Positions 30,731 through 41,547 of a stretch of 64,000 bases of DNA are shown piece after piece. The stretch comes from an uncultured Bifidobacterium sp. (GTDB taxonomy: Bacteria; Bacteroidota; Bacteroidia; UKL13-3), in assembly GCA_964442045.1 (NCBI GenBank), contig CAYTWI010000002.1:26509-90508 (forward strand), given 5' to 3'. Position 1 is the first letter of the stretch. Every line of letters begins with the position of its first letter. The notes below the pieces were generated by a model. It saw only the letters and a list, made by a program, of their open reading frames with translations. It made no database searches and was not told the origin of the DNA. The position numbers and the translations under genes were made by a program.

Positions 30731-31972
30731 TTACTTTTCCAGTGCTTTGCGCGTGCGCATAAGCATTATGGCTGCCAGTAAAAGGAACAAAGCCATAATT
30801 GCATAAGTATAAATAATATTGTTTGATATAGTGAAAAAAGCTTGTGAGAAAGCAAATATGAAAAGGCTTCGTATCAATACATTGATTAAGTTAAAAATGC
30901 TTCCTACCCTACCCATAATTTGATTGGGAATAACTGTAAATAAATAGGTTAAGCGCAATACACGTATGCCTGCATTGCAAAAGCCTAGTATTAAACTGAT
31001 TGTATATATTACCAGAACGCTTTTAGTAGCAAAAGCCCAAAAGAATATACCCACTACACCCAATGTTAGCAATATAATGGCTTTAACCAACGATGTTTTT
31101 TGAAATACTTTGCTTACAAACAAACCGGCACTCAATGCACCAACGGCATAAATAGTATCTGCCAAAGCAAACACATACCCTTTCTTCTGTAAATGTTGTT
31201 TTATATAAGTAGGCAATACGGCATGTATTTCAACCAATAGCATAGCAAATACCAAATAGCTGCATACACCAAATATAAAAATGGCTCTATGTTGGTTTAA
31301 ATAAGTAAAGCCTTTTCTTAACCTAGCCGCAATGCCTTCATTAATATCCGACACTTTTTCAACGGGTACATAAGGTATAAAGTAAATAAGTATAGCAGCC
31401 ATAAAGTAGGTTATGGCATCCATCATAAATACATCGTAAATATGCCATGCATGTATATGAAATGTTTTGTTAAATACAGAAAAATCAAAGCCATCTAATA
31501 AAACCGCAGCAAAACCACCGGAAAGTATAGAGGTTGATTGGCCTACTATTTCAATATTTGAATTTACTTTATTGTATTGGTGTGGGCTTGATATTTCCTG
31601 CCCAAAGGCGTACAATGTAGGGTAATGTATATTATAGTTGAGCATGGTTATAGCAAACACGGCAATAACCCAAATACTTGATAATTCTCCTTGCCAATAA
31701 CCAACCGCAGCTATCATAAAAATTAATATACCACATACCAATGAAGTAACTAAGAAATTATTTTTACGACTGAATTTATCAACTAAGGTACCTGCATATA
31801 AACCAAAGAACATAACAAAGAAAGTTAAGGCAGCATACGCATAATTAAATACTTGAGAGTTATTGTTGCTGGCAAAATACCAGGGAATAGCTAACATACT
31901 TACACCTTGTGCAAATCCGCTTATACCATTGGCAATAAATAAAAGACTTAAAGATTTGCTATTTTTGTGCAT
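30731..31972 (-). CDS. MFS transporter
   Basis: About 12 hydrophobic segments, GTLVDKFSRK motif A, MGRVGSIF. Confidence 0.85.
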   Translation of the reverse strand: MHKNSKSLSLLFIANGISGFAQGVSMLAIPWYFASNNNSQVFNYAYAALTFFVMFFGLYAGTLVDKFSRKNNFLVTSLVCGILIFMIAAVGYWQGELSSIWVIAVFAITMLNYNIHYPTLYAFGQEISSPHQYNKVNSNIEIVGQSTSILSGGFAAVLLDGFDFSVFNKTFHIHAWHIYDVFMMDAITYFMAAILIYFIPYVPVEKVSDINEGIAARLRKGFTYLNQHRAIFIFGVCSYLVFAMLLVEIHAVLPTYIKQHLQKKGYVFALADTIYAVGALSAGLFVSKVFQKTSLVKAIILLTLGVVGIFFWAFATKSVLVIYTISLILGFCNAGIRVLRLTYLFTVIPNQIMGRVGSIFNLINVLIRSLFIFAFSQAFFTISNNIIYTYAIMALFLLLAAIMLMRTRKALEK

Positions 31973-32020
31973 GCCTCAAAACTATTAATAGATTTTGATT
32001 GAAAAACCTTTTTTTATAAA

Positions 32021-32500
32021 ATGGACATAAAAAAACAAAAGTTAACTCCTCAACAAGCCTTACTTAAACTGGCTGCTTACTGTGCTTACCAGGAACGTTG
32101 CCACGAAGAAGTACGTGAAAAGTTAAGCGAGTTAGGTGTTTACGGTGATGAAGCTGAGTTTATAATATATGAGCTTATACAACAGAACTATTTGAATGAG
32201 GAGCGTTTTGCAAAAGCTTTTGCAGGTGGTAAGTTCAGGATAAAAAAATGGGGAAAGAATAAAATACGTATAGAGCTGAAACAAAAAAAGGTTTCGGACT
32301 ACTGCATTCAGCAAGGCTTAAAGGAAATAGATAATGAAGTTTATTATGACACCTTAAACGAATTAGGTCAAGATAAATTCAATAGTATTAAGGATAGCAA
32401 TCCATTAATTAAAGCCAATAAAACAGCCAGCTACTTAATAAGCAAAGGTTACGAAACTGATTTGGTTTGGGATGTTATCAATGAAATAAAAAAGGGCTAA
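32021..32500 (+). CDS. recX: Regulatory protein RecX
   Basis: YCAYQERCHEEV, YLNEERFA, WGKNKI..ELKQK, YLISKGY. Confidence 0.92.
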   Translation: MDIKKQKLTPQQALLKLAAYCAYQERCHEEVREKLSELGVYGDEAEFIIYELIQQNYLNEERFAKAFAGGKFRIKKWGKNKIRIELKQKKVSDYCIQQGLKEIDNEVYYDTLNELGQDKFNSIKDSNPLIKANKTASYLISKGYETDLVWDVINEIKKG

Positions 32501-32527
32501 TGCCCTTTCTTTTTTTTATTATATAAA

Positions 32528-33865
32528 TTACCTGATAAATTTTAAACGTTCGCCCATTTTACTTTCATTAAATATTCCGTTATGGTAAGTTAAATGGCCG
32601 CTTACAATGGTTGAATCAACACTTGCTTTAAAAGTATAATCTTCAAACGGACTCCATTTACATTTATACAAAATATTGTTTTTGGTCACGGTATAAGGCT
32701 TATTCAAATCTACCAAAACCAAGTCAGCCCAAAAGCCTTCTCTAATAAAACCTCTTCTGTCTATATCAAATAATATGGCCGGATTATGACTCATTTTTTC
32801 TACTACTTTTTCTAAGCTTATTTTGTCCTGCCTATAAAATTCAAGCATTGCCTGTAAAGTGTGCTGCACTAATGGTCCCCCACTTGGTGCATTGATATAA
32901 GCTTGTTCTTTTTCTTCCATAGTATGTGGCGCATGATCAGTAGCTATAACATCTATGCGTCCATCATTTACGGCTTTCCAAATAGCTTCCCTGTCTTCGG
33001 CTGTTTTAACAGATGGATTCCATTTTATAAAATTACCTTTTGTTACATAATCAGCATCACTGAACAACAAGTGGTGTATACAAGCTTCTGAAGTAATACG
33101 TTTTTCAGCTAAGGGAATTTTGTTAGTAAATAAATCTAACTCCTCTTTAGTACTGATATGTAAAATATGTAAACGTGTATTGTATTTTTTAGCCAAATCA
33201 ACTGCAAAGCTCGATGATTGGTAACATGCTTCCCTGCTTCTTATTAAATGATGGTAAATGGCAGAAAGGTTATCGCCATACTTTTCTTTAAACGCAGCAT
33301 TGTTTTGTTTAATTAAAGGATCATACTCACAATGGGTAGCAATTAATGCTTTCACATTTTTAAAAATAGCTTCCAGTGCGTTGTTGTCATCCACTAACAT
33401 ATCACCTGTACTGCTACCCATAAATATTTTTACACCACAAACATTGGCTTCATCTACTGCTAATAATTCTTCCAAATTATTATTGGTAGTACCTAAATAA
33501 AATGAGTAATTAGCCAATGAGCATTGTGATGCACGGCTGTATTTTTGCTCCAATAACTCATTGGTTACGGCACTTGGAATGGTGTTAGGCATTTCCATAT
33601 ACGTAGTAACCCCACCGGCAACTGCGGCTTTGGCTTCTGTATATATTTCACCTTTATGCGTTAAACCCGGCTCCCTGAAATGAACCTGGTCATCAATAAC
33701 ACCCGGCAATAAATATTTACCTGTTGCATCAATTTCAATATCAGCCTTCATGGCTATTGCATTGGTATCTATTTTTTCAATAAAACCATTTCTAATTAAA
33801 ACATCAGCACCATATATTTTTCCTTCGTTAACTAAAGTGGCATTTCTTATTAATATTGACTGCAT
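32528..33865 (-). CDS. pyrC: Dihydroorotase
   Basis: PGVIDDQVHFREPG, EMPNT, KWNPSVK, ATDHAPH. Confidence 0.92.
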   Translation of the reverse strand: MQSILIRNATLVNEGKIYGADVLIRNGFIEKIDTNAIAMKADIEIDATGKYLLPGVIDDQVHFREPGLTHKGEIYTEAKAAVAGGVTTYMEMPNTIPSAVTNELLEQKYSRASQCSLANYSFYLGTTNNNLEELLAVDEANVCGVKIFMGSSTGDMLVDDNNALEAIFKNVKALIATHCEYDPLIKQNNAAFKEKYGDNLSAIYHHLIRSREACYQSSSFAVDLAKKYNTRLHILHISTKEELDLFTNKIPLAEKRITSEACIHHLLFSDADYVTKGNFIKWNPSVKTAEDREAIWKAVNDGRIDVIATDHAPHTMEEKEQAYINAPSGGPLVQHTLQAMLEFYRQDKISLEKVVEKMSHNPAILFDIDRRGFIREGFWADLVLVDLNKPYTVTKNNILYKCKWSPFEDYTFKASVDSTIVSGHLTYHNGIFNESKMGERLKFIR

Positions 33866-33941
33866 AAAAATGTGGATTATATAAATTGACCTGTATACGT
33901 AAACAGGTATAATAAAAAGTTAATTCAATAAACAACTGCTG

Positions 33942-34355
33942 CTAATCAATAGTCGCAATAACTTTCAATTCAATAGCAATAGGAGTTGGCAGGCAGTTTA
34001 TTTCTATAGTTGTTCTGCAAGGTTGAGTATCTTTAAAGTATTCTGCCCATAATTGGTTATACACTTTAAAGTCATCTTTCATGTTGGTCAAGAACACTGT
34101 TACATCTACCATTTTATCCCAACTACTTCCTGAATCCTCCAATATGTATTTTATATTTTGAAAAACAGAGCGGCATTGTGTGGCTATATCGTAACTCAAT
34201 ATATTTCCATTTTCATCCAACTCAACCCCTGGTATTTTTTTTGTTCCTTTTTCTCTTGGCCCTACACCTGAAAGAAATAATAAATTACCTACTCGTTTTG
34301 CGTGAGGATATAAACCTACAGGTTCCGGTGCTTTTGATGAGTGTATATCTGACAT
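33942..34355 (-). CDS. RidA/YjgF family protein (2-aminomuconate deaminase-like)
   Basis: PVGLYPHAKRVGNLLFLSG, PCRTT, LPTPIAIELK. Confidence 0.9.
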   Translation of the reverse strand: MSDIHSSKAPEPVGLYPHAKRVGNLLFLSGVGPREKGTKKIPGVELDENGNILSYDIATQCRSVFQNIKYILEDSGSSWDKMVDVTVFLTNMKDDFKVYNQLWAEYFKDTQPCRTTIEINCLPTPIAIELKVIATID

Positions 34356-34388
34356 ATTATTTAGTATTTAAATTGAAAATATTATACT

Positions 34389-34973
34389 TTACTTTTTCCA
34401 CTCCAATGTTTCAATCATTCTGAGCATATCTTTCTTTAAAAAATTAAGTACAGGCATAATTGAATCCTGATTGGTAGTTGAATTAAAATATAAAGAACCT
34501 CTTAAAAAATGGGTAGTACTATCGGTTACATAAAACTGAGCATTGGTAGCAGTGCTACCGTCTAATTCATAGAATATACCATATTTATTAGGCTTGCTAA
34601 TGTAGTTTTCTATTATTTCATCAGCCTTTATTACATGCTTATAGACCATTACACGACTATCGTTAATGAGTTTAAATAGGGAATCGCGGCTTTGTATAGG
34701 CCTGTAACTTAAATGTAAGGTAACATTAAATGGTTTATATTGTATGTTGTACCAGCATGGTTCAGCATTGGGATATTTATCTAAAACCATTTCTGAGTAA
34801 ACAGGTATTTCCATAGAATAATTACACGGATTGGTAACCCTATAGTATTTTTTTGCAGGTAACTCTATGCGCTGGTAACCCTTTGGCTTGGGAATTAAAG
34901 CCTCATCGCCCCCACATGCCACAATGAGTAAAACAAAAATTATTACTAAATAGCTTCCTTTTACTTTATTCAT
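34389..34973 (-). CDS. gldD: Gliding motility lipoprotein GldD
   Basis: Lipobox LIVAC, PKPKGYQRIELP, KHVIKAD, QFYVTDSTTHFLRGSLYF. Confidence 0.92.
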   Translation of the reverse strand: MNKVKGSYLVIIFVLLIVACGGDEALIPKPKGYQRIELPAKKYYRVTNPCNYSMEIPVYSEMVLDKYPNAEPCWYNIQYKPFNVTLHLSYRPIQSRDSLFKLINDSRVMVYKHVIKADEIIENYISKPNKYGIFYELDGSTATNAQFYVTDSTTHFLRGSLYFNSTTNQDSIMPVLNFLKKDMLRMIETLEWKK

Positions 34974-34976
34974 TCT

Positions 34977-36308
34977 TTATCTGTCAATAGTTACTTTTAC
35001 TCTTTTTATCCTGCGCTTGTCAACAGCTTCAATTTTAAAAAGAACCGGGTGGTATTTTATTTCCTGATTTTGTTTAGGCATATTACCATTTAGTTCCAAT
35101 ATTAAACCGGCTAAAGTATCAGCTTCATTTCTTACCTCATCAAATATATCCGGGTCAATATCCATGTATTTGCAAGCATCATTTAACTGCATTTTGGCTT
35201 CAAACACAAAAGTATTTTCATCCAGCTTGCTGTAATAAATTTCGTCTTCATCAAATTCGTCATTTATTTCGCCAAATACCTCTTCTAAAATATCTTCCAT
35301 TGTCACCAAACCGCTCGTTCCGCCAAATTCATCTACCACTATAGCCATGTGTGTGCGTTTATTCTGGAAATCTTTCAGCAAATCGTCAATCATTTTTGAT
35401 TCAGGCACATAAAACGGAGGGCGGATTAGTTCCTGCCATTTAAAGTCGGCACCTTTATGTATATGGGGTAAAATATCTTTTATTGATAAAATACCTTTTA
35501 TATTATCCAAACTGTCATCATAAACGGGTAAACGAGAATAGCCTTGCTCATCAATAAACTGAAGCAAATCGGTAAAATTAATTTCAGTCTCAATAGCTGC
35601 CATATCCGGCCTTTGGCACATGATTTCAGTTACATTTATATTACCAAAATTAACAATTCCTTTTAATATTGACTTTTCCTGTTTAGGCGCATCGTCTTCA
35701 GTAGTTATATCAATAGCGTGGCTTAATTCATCTACGCTTAATATATGGCCTCTTTTGGTTACACGCTTATCAATAATAGATGTTGAGTTTTCCAATAAAT
35801 ACACCAAAGGCCTGAAAATTTTATACATGTAAAACATGAAAACAGCCACCCAAGCCGATACCTTACTGTTATTTTGAACAGCATATATTTTGGGAATAAC
35901 CTCTCCAAACAATACAATCATAAATGTAACAAAAACAACCTCAATCAAAAAACCGAAAATCGGGTTGTTTTCAAAATCAAAAATGGTTGTCAATAAAACT
36001 GTTGACACCATAACCATAGCTACATTGATAAAAGTATTTCCAATTAAAATAGTAGCTAAAAGCTTTTTAGGGTGGTTAATTAAGTATTTGATGGCTTTGG
36101 CTGTTGCCGTTTCATTATCTGTTAATTCTTCAACCTGAGGTTTACTTAAAGAGAACAATGCATTTTCAGAACCTGAAAATAAAGCCGATAGCAATATAAA
36201 AATACAAATAGCAATGGATGTTCCTATAATTGAAGGCCAATCGGACGATTGTAAATTAGCATTAAGATATGATAATAGTATAAAATGCGTATTAAGCGGG
36301 GGTTCCAT
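34977..36308 (-). CDS. gldE: Gliding motility-associated GldE (DUF21-CBS-CorC)
   Basis: SGSENALFSL, FGEVIPK, GYSRLPVY, VVDEFGGTSGLVTMED; adjacent to gldD. Confidence 0.9.
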   Translation of the reverse strand: MEPPLNTHFILLSYLNANLQSSDWPSIIGTSIAICIFILLSALFSGSENALFSLSKPQVEELTDNETATAKAIKYLINHPKKLLATILIGNTFINVAMVMVSTVLLTTIFDFENNPIFGFLIEVVFVTFMIVLFGEVIPKIYAVQNNSKVSAWVAVFMFYMYKIFRPLVYLLENSTSIIDKRVTKRGHILSVDELSHAIDITTEDDAPKQEKSILKGIVNFGNINVTEIMCQRPDMAAIETEINFTDLLQFIDEQGYSRLPVYDDSLDNIKGILSIKDILPHIHKGADFKWQELIRPPFYVPESKMIDDLLKDFQNKRTHMAIVVDEFGGTSGLVTMEDILEEVFGEINDEFDEDEIYYSKLDENTFVFEAKMQLNDACKYMDIDPDIFDEVRNEADTLAGLILELNGNMPKQNQEIKYHPVLFKIEAVDKRRIKRVKVTIDR

Positions 36309-36477
36309 TTATTGAATAAATAAGTTGTGCAATTATAAATAAATTTAAATGTAAAATTATATTCTAAAATCATTTTAAAACCTTAGTTGCTAACAAGTGT
36401 TAGTTTAATGATTAAAGTCTTTTACAATAATGTTATTAGTTTAATTTATTTTCGTAGAGTTTTTTAAATTAAAATAC

Positions 36478-38328
36478 ATGAGTTCAGCTATAGAAAAAGA
36501 GTTAGAGTCGGTGGTAATTCGCTTTGCAGGCGATAGTGGTGATGGGATGCAGCTTACCGGCACTCAATTTACCAATGCAACCGCATTGCACGGTAACGAT
36601 TTATCAACTTTTCCTGATTTCCCCGCAGAAATACGCGCCCCATTAGGAACCTTAGCAGGTGTTTCGGGCTTTCAGATACATTTTGGTTCTACCCGCATCC
36701 ATACGCCTGGCGATATGTGTGATGTTTTAGTGGTAATGAACGTGGCTGCATTAAAAGCCAACCTAAAAAACCTGAAAAAAGGTGGTGTTATTATTGCCAA
36801 CACTGATGGTTTTGATTCAAAAAACATGCGTTTGGCTAATGTTCCGGAGGATAAAAACCCATTAGAAGACGGGTCTTTATCGGAATACGACCTTAAAACC
36901 ATTGATGTTACCAAAATTACTCGTGCTGCATTGGGCGACAGTGGTTTAAGTACCAAAGAAATTGACCGTTGCAAAAACATGTTTGTATTAGGTTTAATTT
37001 ACTGGATGTACCACAGACCAACCGAAGGCACTATTGACTTTATAAAAGCCAAGTTTAAAAAGAACGAAGCCGTTATGAATGCCAATATAAAAGTAATGCA
37101 GGCAGGTTGGAACTACGGTGAAACCACTGAAACTTTCGCCAACCGTTATACAGTTGCTCCTGCAAAAATGGACGCAGGTGTTTACCGCGGTATAATGGGA
37201 AATCAGGCTACAGCATTGGGTTTAATAGCTGCTTCCGTTAAAAGTAAATTACCTCTTTTTTACGGAACCTACCCTATTACCCCGGCTTCTGATGTATTAC
37301 ACGAATTATCAAAATACAAAAACTACAATATAAAAACTTTCCAGGCTGAAGACGAAATTGCAGCTATTTGCTCAGCAATAGGTGCTTCTTTTGGTGGAAG
37401 CTTAGCAATTACTGGTTCATCAGGACCGGGTATAGCACTAAAAACAGAAGCTATTGGTTTAGCTACCATGCTTGAAATGCCTTTGGTTATTGTAAATGTA
37501 CAAAGAGCCGGACCAAGTACAGGCTTACCAACTAAAACAGAACAATCTGATTTATTACAGTCATATTATGGAAGAAACGGAGAATGCCCGGTTGTTATTT
37601 TAGCAGCCCAATCTCCTTCTGATTGTTTTGATATGGCCTTTGAAGCCTGCCGTATAGCATTAGACCACATGATTCCTGTATTTTTCCTGAGTGACGGGTA
37701 CATTGCCAATGGTGCTGAACCTTGGCGTTTTCCTCAATCAAGTAATTTACCTGATATAAAAGTAAGTTTTGCTCCTGCCAGAAATAAAGAAGATGGTAAA
37801 TTTATGCCTTACGAGCGCGATGAAAAATTGAGTCGTCCATGGGCATTACCTGGAACAAAAGGTTTGGAACACCGTATTGGTGGCTTAGAAAAACAAAACA
37901 TTACCGGTAATATCAGCTACGACCCTAATAACCATGAAGACATGGTTCATTTACGTCAGGAAAAAGTAAACAAAGTGGCTAACTATATTCCACTTCAAAA
38001 AGTTGACAATGGCCCTGAAACAGGTGATTTATTAATACTTGGCTGGGGAGGAACTTATGGTGCGCTAAAAACGGCCACTACCATTTTACGTGGCGAAGGT
38101 TATAACGTATCGCATGCACATATTCGTTACTTAAGCCCATTCCCTAGTAATTTAGGCGATATTATAAAAGGATTTAAAACTGTGGTTGTTCCGGAATTAA
38201 ACAATGGACAACTGGTAAAAATAATCCGTGATAAATACTTTGTTGATGCAATTCCATACAACAAAATTCAGGGATTACCTTTTATGAGTACTGAAGTAGT
38301 GAATAAAATTAAAGAAATTTTAGCTTAA
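36478..38328 (+). CDS. korA: 2-oxoacid:acceptor oxidoreductase alpha subunit
   Basis: RFAGDSGDGMQLTG, YPITPASD, QAEDEIAA, SSGPG, QRAGPSTGLPTK. Confidence 0.93.
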   Translation: MSSAIEKELESVVIRFAGDSGDGMQLTGTQFTNATALHGNDLSTFPDFPAEIRAPLGTLAGVSGFQIHFGSTRIHTPGDMCDVLVVMNVAALKANLKNLKKGGVIIANTDGFDSKNMRLANVPEDKNPLEDGSLSEYDLKTIDVTKITRAALGDSGLSTKEIDRCKNMFVLGLIYWMYHRPTEGTIDFIKAKFKKNEAVMNANIKVMQAGWNYGETTETFANRYTVAPAKMDAGVYRGIMGNQATALGLIAASVKSKLPLFYGTYPITPASDVLHELSKYKNYNIKTFQAEDEIAAICSAIGASFGGSLAITGSSGPGIALKTEAIGLATMLEMPLVIVNVQRAGPSTGLPTKTEQSDLLQSYYGRNGECPVVILAAQSPSDCFDMAFEACRIALDHMIPVFFLSDGYIANGAEPWRFPQSSNLPDIKVSFAPARNKEDGKFMPYERDEKLSRPWALPGTKGLEHRIGGLEKQNITGNISYDPNNHEDMVHLRQEKVNKVANYIPLQKVDNGPETGDLLILGWGGTYGALKTATTILRGEGYNVSHAHIRYLSPFPSNLGDIIKGFKTVVVPELNNGQLVKIIRDKYFVDAIPYNKIQGLPFMSTEVVNKIKEILA

Positions 38329-38333
38329 GAATT

Positions 38334-39356
38334 ATGACTGAAGTAGTAGAAAAATTAACATCGAAAGATTTTGCTTCGGACCAGGAAGTACGTTGGTGCC
38401 CCGGTTGTGGAGATTATAGTATATTAAAACAGGTACAAACTGTTTTACCCGATTTAGGCAGGCCAAAAGAAGAGTTTGTATTTATTTCAGGTATTGGTTG
38501 CTCAAGCCGCTTTCCTTATTATATGGATACTTTTGGTATGCATAGTATACATGGACGCGCCACCGCAATAGCTACCGGATTAAAAGCTACCCGCCCTGAT
38601 TTATCTGTTTGGATTATTACAGGTGATGGAGACTCCATGAGTATTGGTGGAAATCATTTTATACATATGTTACGCAGAAATCCTGATGTAAATGTTTTGT
38701 TGTTTAACAACCAGATTTATGGTTTAACCAAAGGCCAATACTCACCTACCAGCGAACAGGGAAAAGTAACAAAATCTACGCCAATGGGTAGTGTTGACTA
38801 CCCTTTTAATCCTATTGCTCTAGCACTTGGAGCAGACGCGACATTTGTTGCCCGCACCATGGACAGGGACCCAAAACACCAGCAAGCTGTTATTAAAAAA
38901 GGATACGAACATAAAGGTACTTCTATGATTGAAATATACCAGAACTGTAATGTATTTAACGATGGTGCCTTTGAAATATATACAGAAAAAGCCAGCAAAA
39001 AGGAACAAACATTAATGATGGAAAATGGCAAACCATTAATTTTTGGTGCTAACGATGATAAAGGTATTATGCTTGATGGTTTTAAACCTGTTATTGTAAA
39101 TTTAGCTGATGTTTCTGCTAACGACTTATGGATACATGACGAAACAGATTTAGTAAAAGCAACTATATTATCTCGCTTTTACGATGACCCGACACATGAA
39201 GACCATAAACCAAGACCTTTTGGGGTATTCTATATCAACAGTAAAAAATCAACATTTGATGAGTTATTTAACAACCAAATGGAAGCTGCTTTAGCTAACG
39301 GTATGGGCGATTTAGATAAACTTATTGCAGGAAAAGAAACCTGGGTAGTTAACTAA
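38334..39356 (+). CDS. korB: 2-oxoacid:ferredoxin oxidoreductase beta subunit
   Basis: WCPGCGD, SGIGCSSR, GDGDSMSIGGNH...NNQIYGLTKGQ. Confidence 0.93.
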   Translation: MTEVVEKLTSKDFASDQEVRWCPGCGDYSILKQVQTVLPDLGRPKEEFVFISGIGCSSRFPYYMDTFGMHSIHGRATAIATGLKATRPDLSVWIITGDGDSMSIGGNHFIHMLRRNPDVNVLLFNNQIYGLTKGQYSPTSEQGKVTKSTPMGSVDYPFNPIALALGADATFVARTMDRDPKHQQAVIKKGYEHKGTSMIEIYQNCNVFNDGAFEIYTEKASKKEQTLMMENGKPLIFGANDDKGIMLDGFKPVIVNLADVSANDLWIHDETDLVKATILSRFYDDPTHEDHKPRPFGVFYINSKKSTFDELFNNQMEAALANGMGDLDKLIAGKETWVVN

Positions 39357-39370
39357 ATACTATTTATAAA

Positions 39371-39733
39371 TTATAATTGATCAGCCAGTCTTTTAACCAA
39401 AAGCTGGCTGATTCTTTTATTAATAGATGTGTCGTGTAGCTTATAAAAGCTAAATTCATCCATCGAAAATAAGGCTATAATCACGCCAAGTAATCTTTGT
39501 TTAATAGTATTATTCTGTAAAACTCCTTTTATAAAGTCTAATTTTTCCTGCTGTAAACCAGGAACGCTCCTATCTCCTATTTCAATCATTACTATCGCTA
39601 ATATTAGCTCATTTTGAAATTTTAAAATGGGTCGTAAAGTATTGTTTTGAAAAGCCTCTTCGTCCAAACTTATTTTTGTATCATCTATTTGAACAGGTGT
39701 TCTCCAACCTAAAATAATTTCATCTCTACTCAT
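39371..39733 (-). CDS. Hypothetical protein (Bacteroidota conserved)
   Basis: 120-aa ORF; FQNNTLRPILKFQNELI; GVIIALF; no functional motif recognised. Confidence 0.65.
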   Translation of the reverse strand: MSRDEIILGWRTPVQIDDTKISLDEEAFQNNTLRPILKFQNELILAIVMIEIGDRSVPGLQQEKLDFIKGVLQNNTIKQRLLGVIIALFSMDEFSFYKLHDTSINKRISQLLVKRLADQL

Positions 39734-39812
39734 TATTTACATGTTTCTATTTAGTAAAAAGGGTTGAAAGCTTCATTTGTTTTAAATTATAAATAATTGC
39801 TTTATTTGCTCA

Positions 39813-40433
39813 ATGATACCGAAAAAGGCACTTCAACTCTTAGAAAAAGATATCGTATTTAAACCTTTTGTCGCTCCTTGTTTACCTCAGGTTCAGAAAA
39901 GATACGATACCATTAACAAACTAAGTGACTTGTACATCAGTTTAATCAGGAGTATTGTTTCCCAACAGTTATCTACCAAAGCTGCGGATACTATTTACGG
40001 ACGTTTCATTGATTTATTCAAAGACAAATACCCCCATGCAAAACAAGTTATCAAGCTAAAAGAGGAGCAGTTACGGGCAGTTGGATTATCTTACCAGAAA
40101 ATAAGTTATATAAAAGCCGTTGCAACATACTCCTTAACAAACAACCTAAGCCCTGAACATATTGGAAAGTTAAGCAATGAAGAAATTATTGAGCAACTTT
40201 CTTCAATAAAAGGAGTTGGTAAATGGACCGTTGAAATGATTTTGATATTTGGTTTGAAACGCCTGGATGTTTTTCCGTACGATGATTTAATTGTAAGAAA
40301 CAGCATTATAAAAATGTATAAGCTGACTTCAACAGGGAAACAGTTAAAAGCCGATTGCCATGATATAGCTGAACAATGGAAACCTTACAGAAGTATTGCC
40401 AGCCTATTTTTATGGCAATCGAAAAGTTTGTAA
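39813..40433 (+). CDS. DNA-3-methyladenine glycosylase II (AlkA/HhH-GPD)
   Basis: SIVSQQLSTKAA, IKGVGKWTVEM HhH, DVFPYDD, WKPYRS. Confidence 0.92.
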   Translation: MIPKKALQLLEKDIVFKPFVAPCLPQVQKRYDTINKLSDLYISLIRSIVSQQLSTKAADTIYGRFIDLFKDKYPHAKQVIKLKEEQLRAVGLSYQKISYIKAVATYSLTNNLSPEHIGKLSNEEIIEQLSSIKGVGKWTVEMILIFGLKRLDVFPYDDLIVRNSIIKMYKLTSTGKQLKADCHDIAEQWKPYRSIASLFLWQSKSL

Positions 40434-40461
40434 AAGGATAAAATAATTTTAAATTGAAATA

Positions 40462-41547
40462 CTAGCCTTCCATCAAAGCCTCATCATGCTTTTTATTGGC
40501 TAACTGACCACATGCTGCATCAATGTCTTTGCCCCTGCTTCTGCGTACAGTAGCTTTTACACCGTTTTTTTCTAAGTAGGCACAAAATGCATCTATTTTG
40601 CTGCTATCTGCCTTTACAAATTGGCCGTCACCGGTTGGGTTGTATTCAATAATATTAACTTTAGCAGGTACTTTTTTGCAAAACTTGAGCAGCATTTTGG
40701 CATCTTCTATACTTTCATTAAAGTCTTTAAAAGCTATGTATTCAAAAGTAATACGGCTTTTGGTTTTATTATAAAAGTGTTGTAATGCCTTCCCAACTGC
40801 TTCTAAACTGTTGCTTTCATTAATAGGCATTATCATATTGCGTTTTTCATCGCTGGCCGCGTGTAATGAAAGGGCTAACCTGAATTTCACATTATCGTCA
40901 CCCAGTTTTTCAATCATTTTGGCAATACCTGCAGTACTAACTGTAATGCGCTCGTTACTCATACCTAAACCTTCGGGTAAGGTTATTTTTTTAATGGCTG
41001 CCATTACATTACTGTAATTTAACAACGGCTCACCCATACCCATAAATACAATATTAGTAAGTGGTTTTCCGTAATGGTGCTGAGCCCAGTTTTTTATATG
41101 AACTACTTGGTCATAAATTTCGGCAGGGGTTAAATTGCGCTCACGTTTCATGGTACCTGTAGCACAAAACTTACAGGTTAAGCTACAGCCTACCTGACTA
41201 CTTACGCAGGCAGTCATTCTATCATCGGCAGGAATTAAAACGCCTTCCACCAAAAAACCATCGTGCAACCTGAAACTGCTTTTAATGGTTCTGTCTTCAC
41301 TTACCTGCTTATCCTGAACCTTTATATGATTAATGCAAAACTCTTCATTTAACAAATGGCGTAATTCAACTGATAAATTACTCATTTCATCGAAGCTGGT
41401 GGCTGATTTTTTCCAAAGCCACTCATACACTTGCTTACCTCTGAAAGCAGGTTGACCTTTTTTTACAAAAATGTCTTTCAGTTCCTCAAGCGTAAGTTCG
41501 CGTATATCTATTTTATTCAATGCTGAATTATTATTTAATCTCGGCAA
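40462..41547 (-). CDS. rlmN: 23S rRNA m2A2503 / tRNA methyltransferase RlmN (radical SAM)
   Basis: CVSSQVGCSLTCKFCAT, FMGMGEP, DIDAACGQL; start could be TTG 41520. Confidence 0.96.
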   Translation of the reverse strand: MPRLNNNSALNKIDIRELTLEELKDIFVKKGQPAFRGKQVYEWLWKKSATSFDEMSNLSVELRHLLNEEFCINHIKVQDKQVSEDRTIKSSFRLHDGFLVEGVLIPADDRMTACVSSQVGCSLTCKFCATGTMKRERNLTPAEIYDQVVHIKNWAQHHYGKPLTNIVFMGMGEPLLNYSNVMAAIKKITLPEGLGMSNERITVSTAGIAKMIEKLGDDNVKFRLALSLHAASDEKRNMIMPINESNSLEAVGKALQHFYNKTKSRITFEYIAFKDFNESIEDAKMLLKFCKKVPAKVNIIEYNPTGDGQFVKADSSKIDAFCAYLEKNGVKATVRRSRGKDIDAACGQLANKKHDEALMEG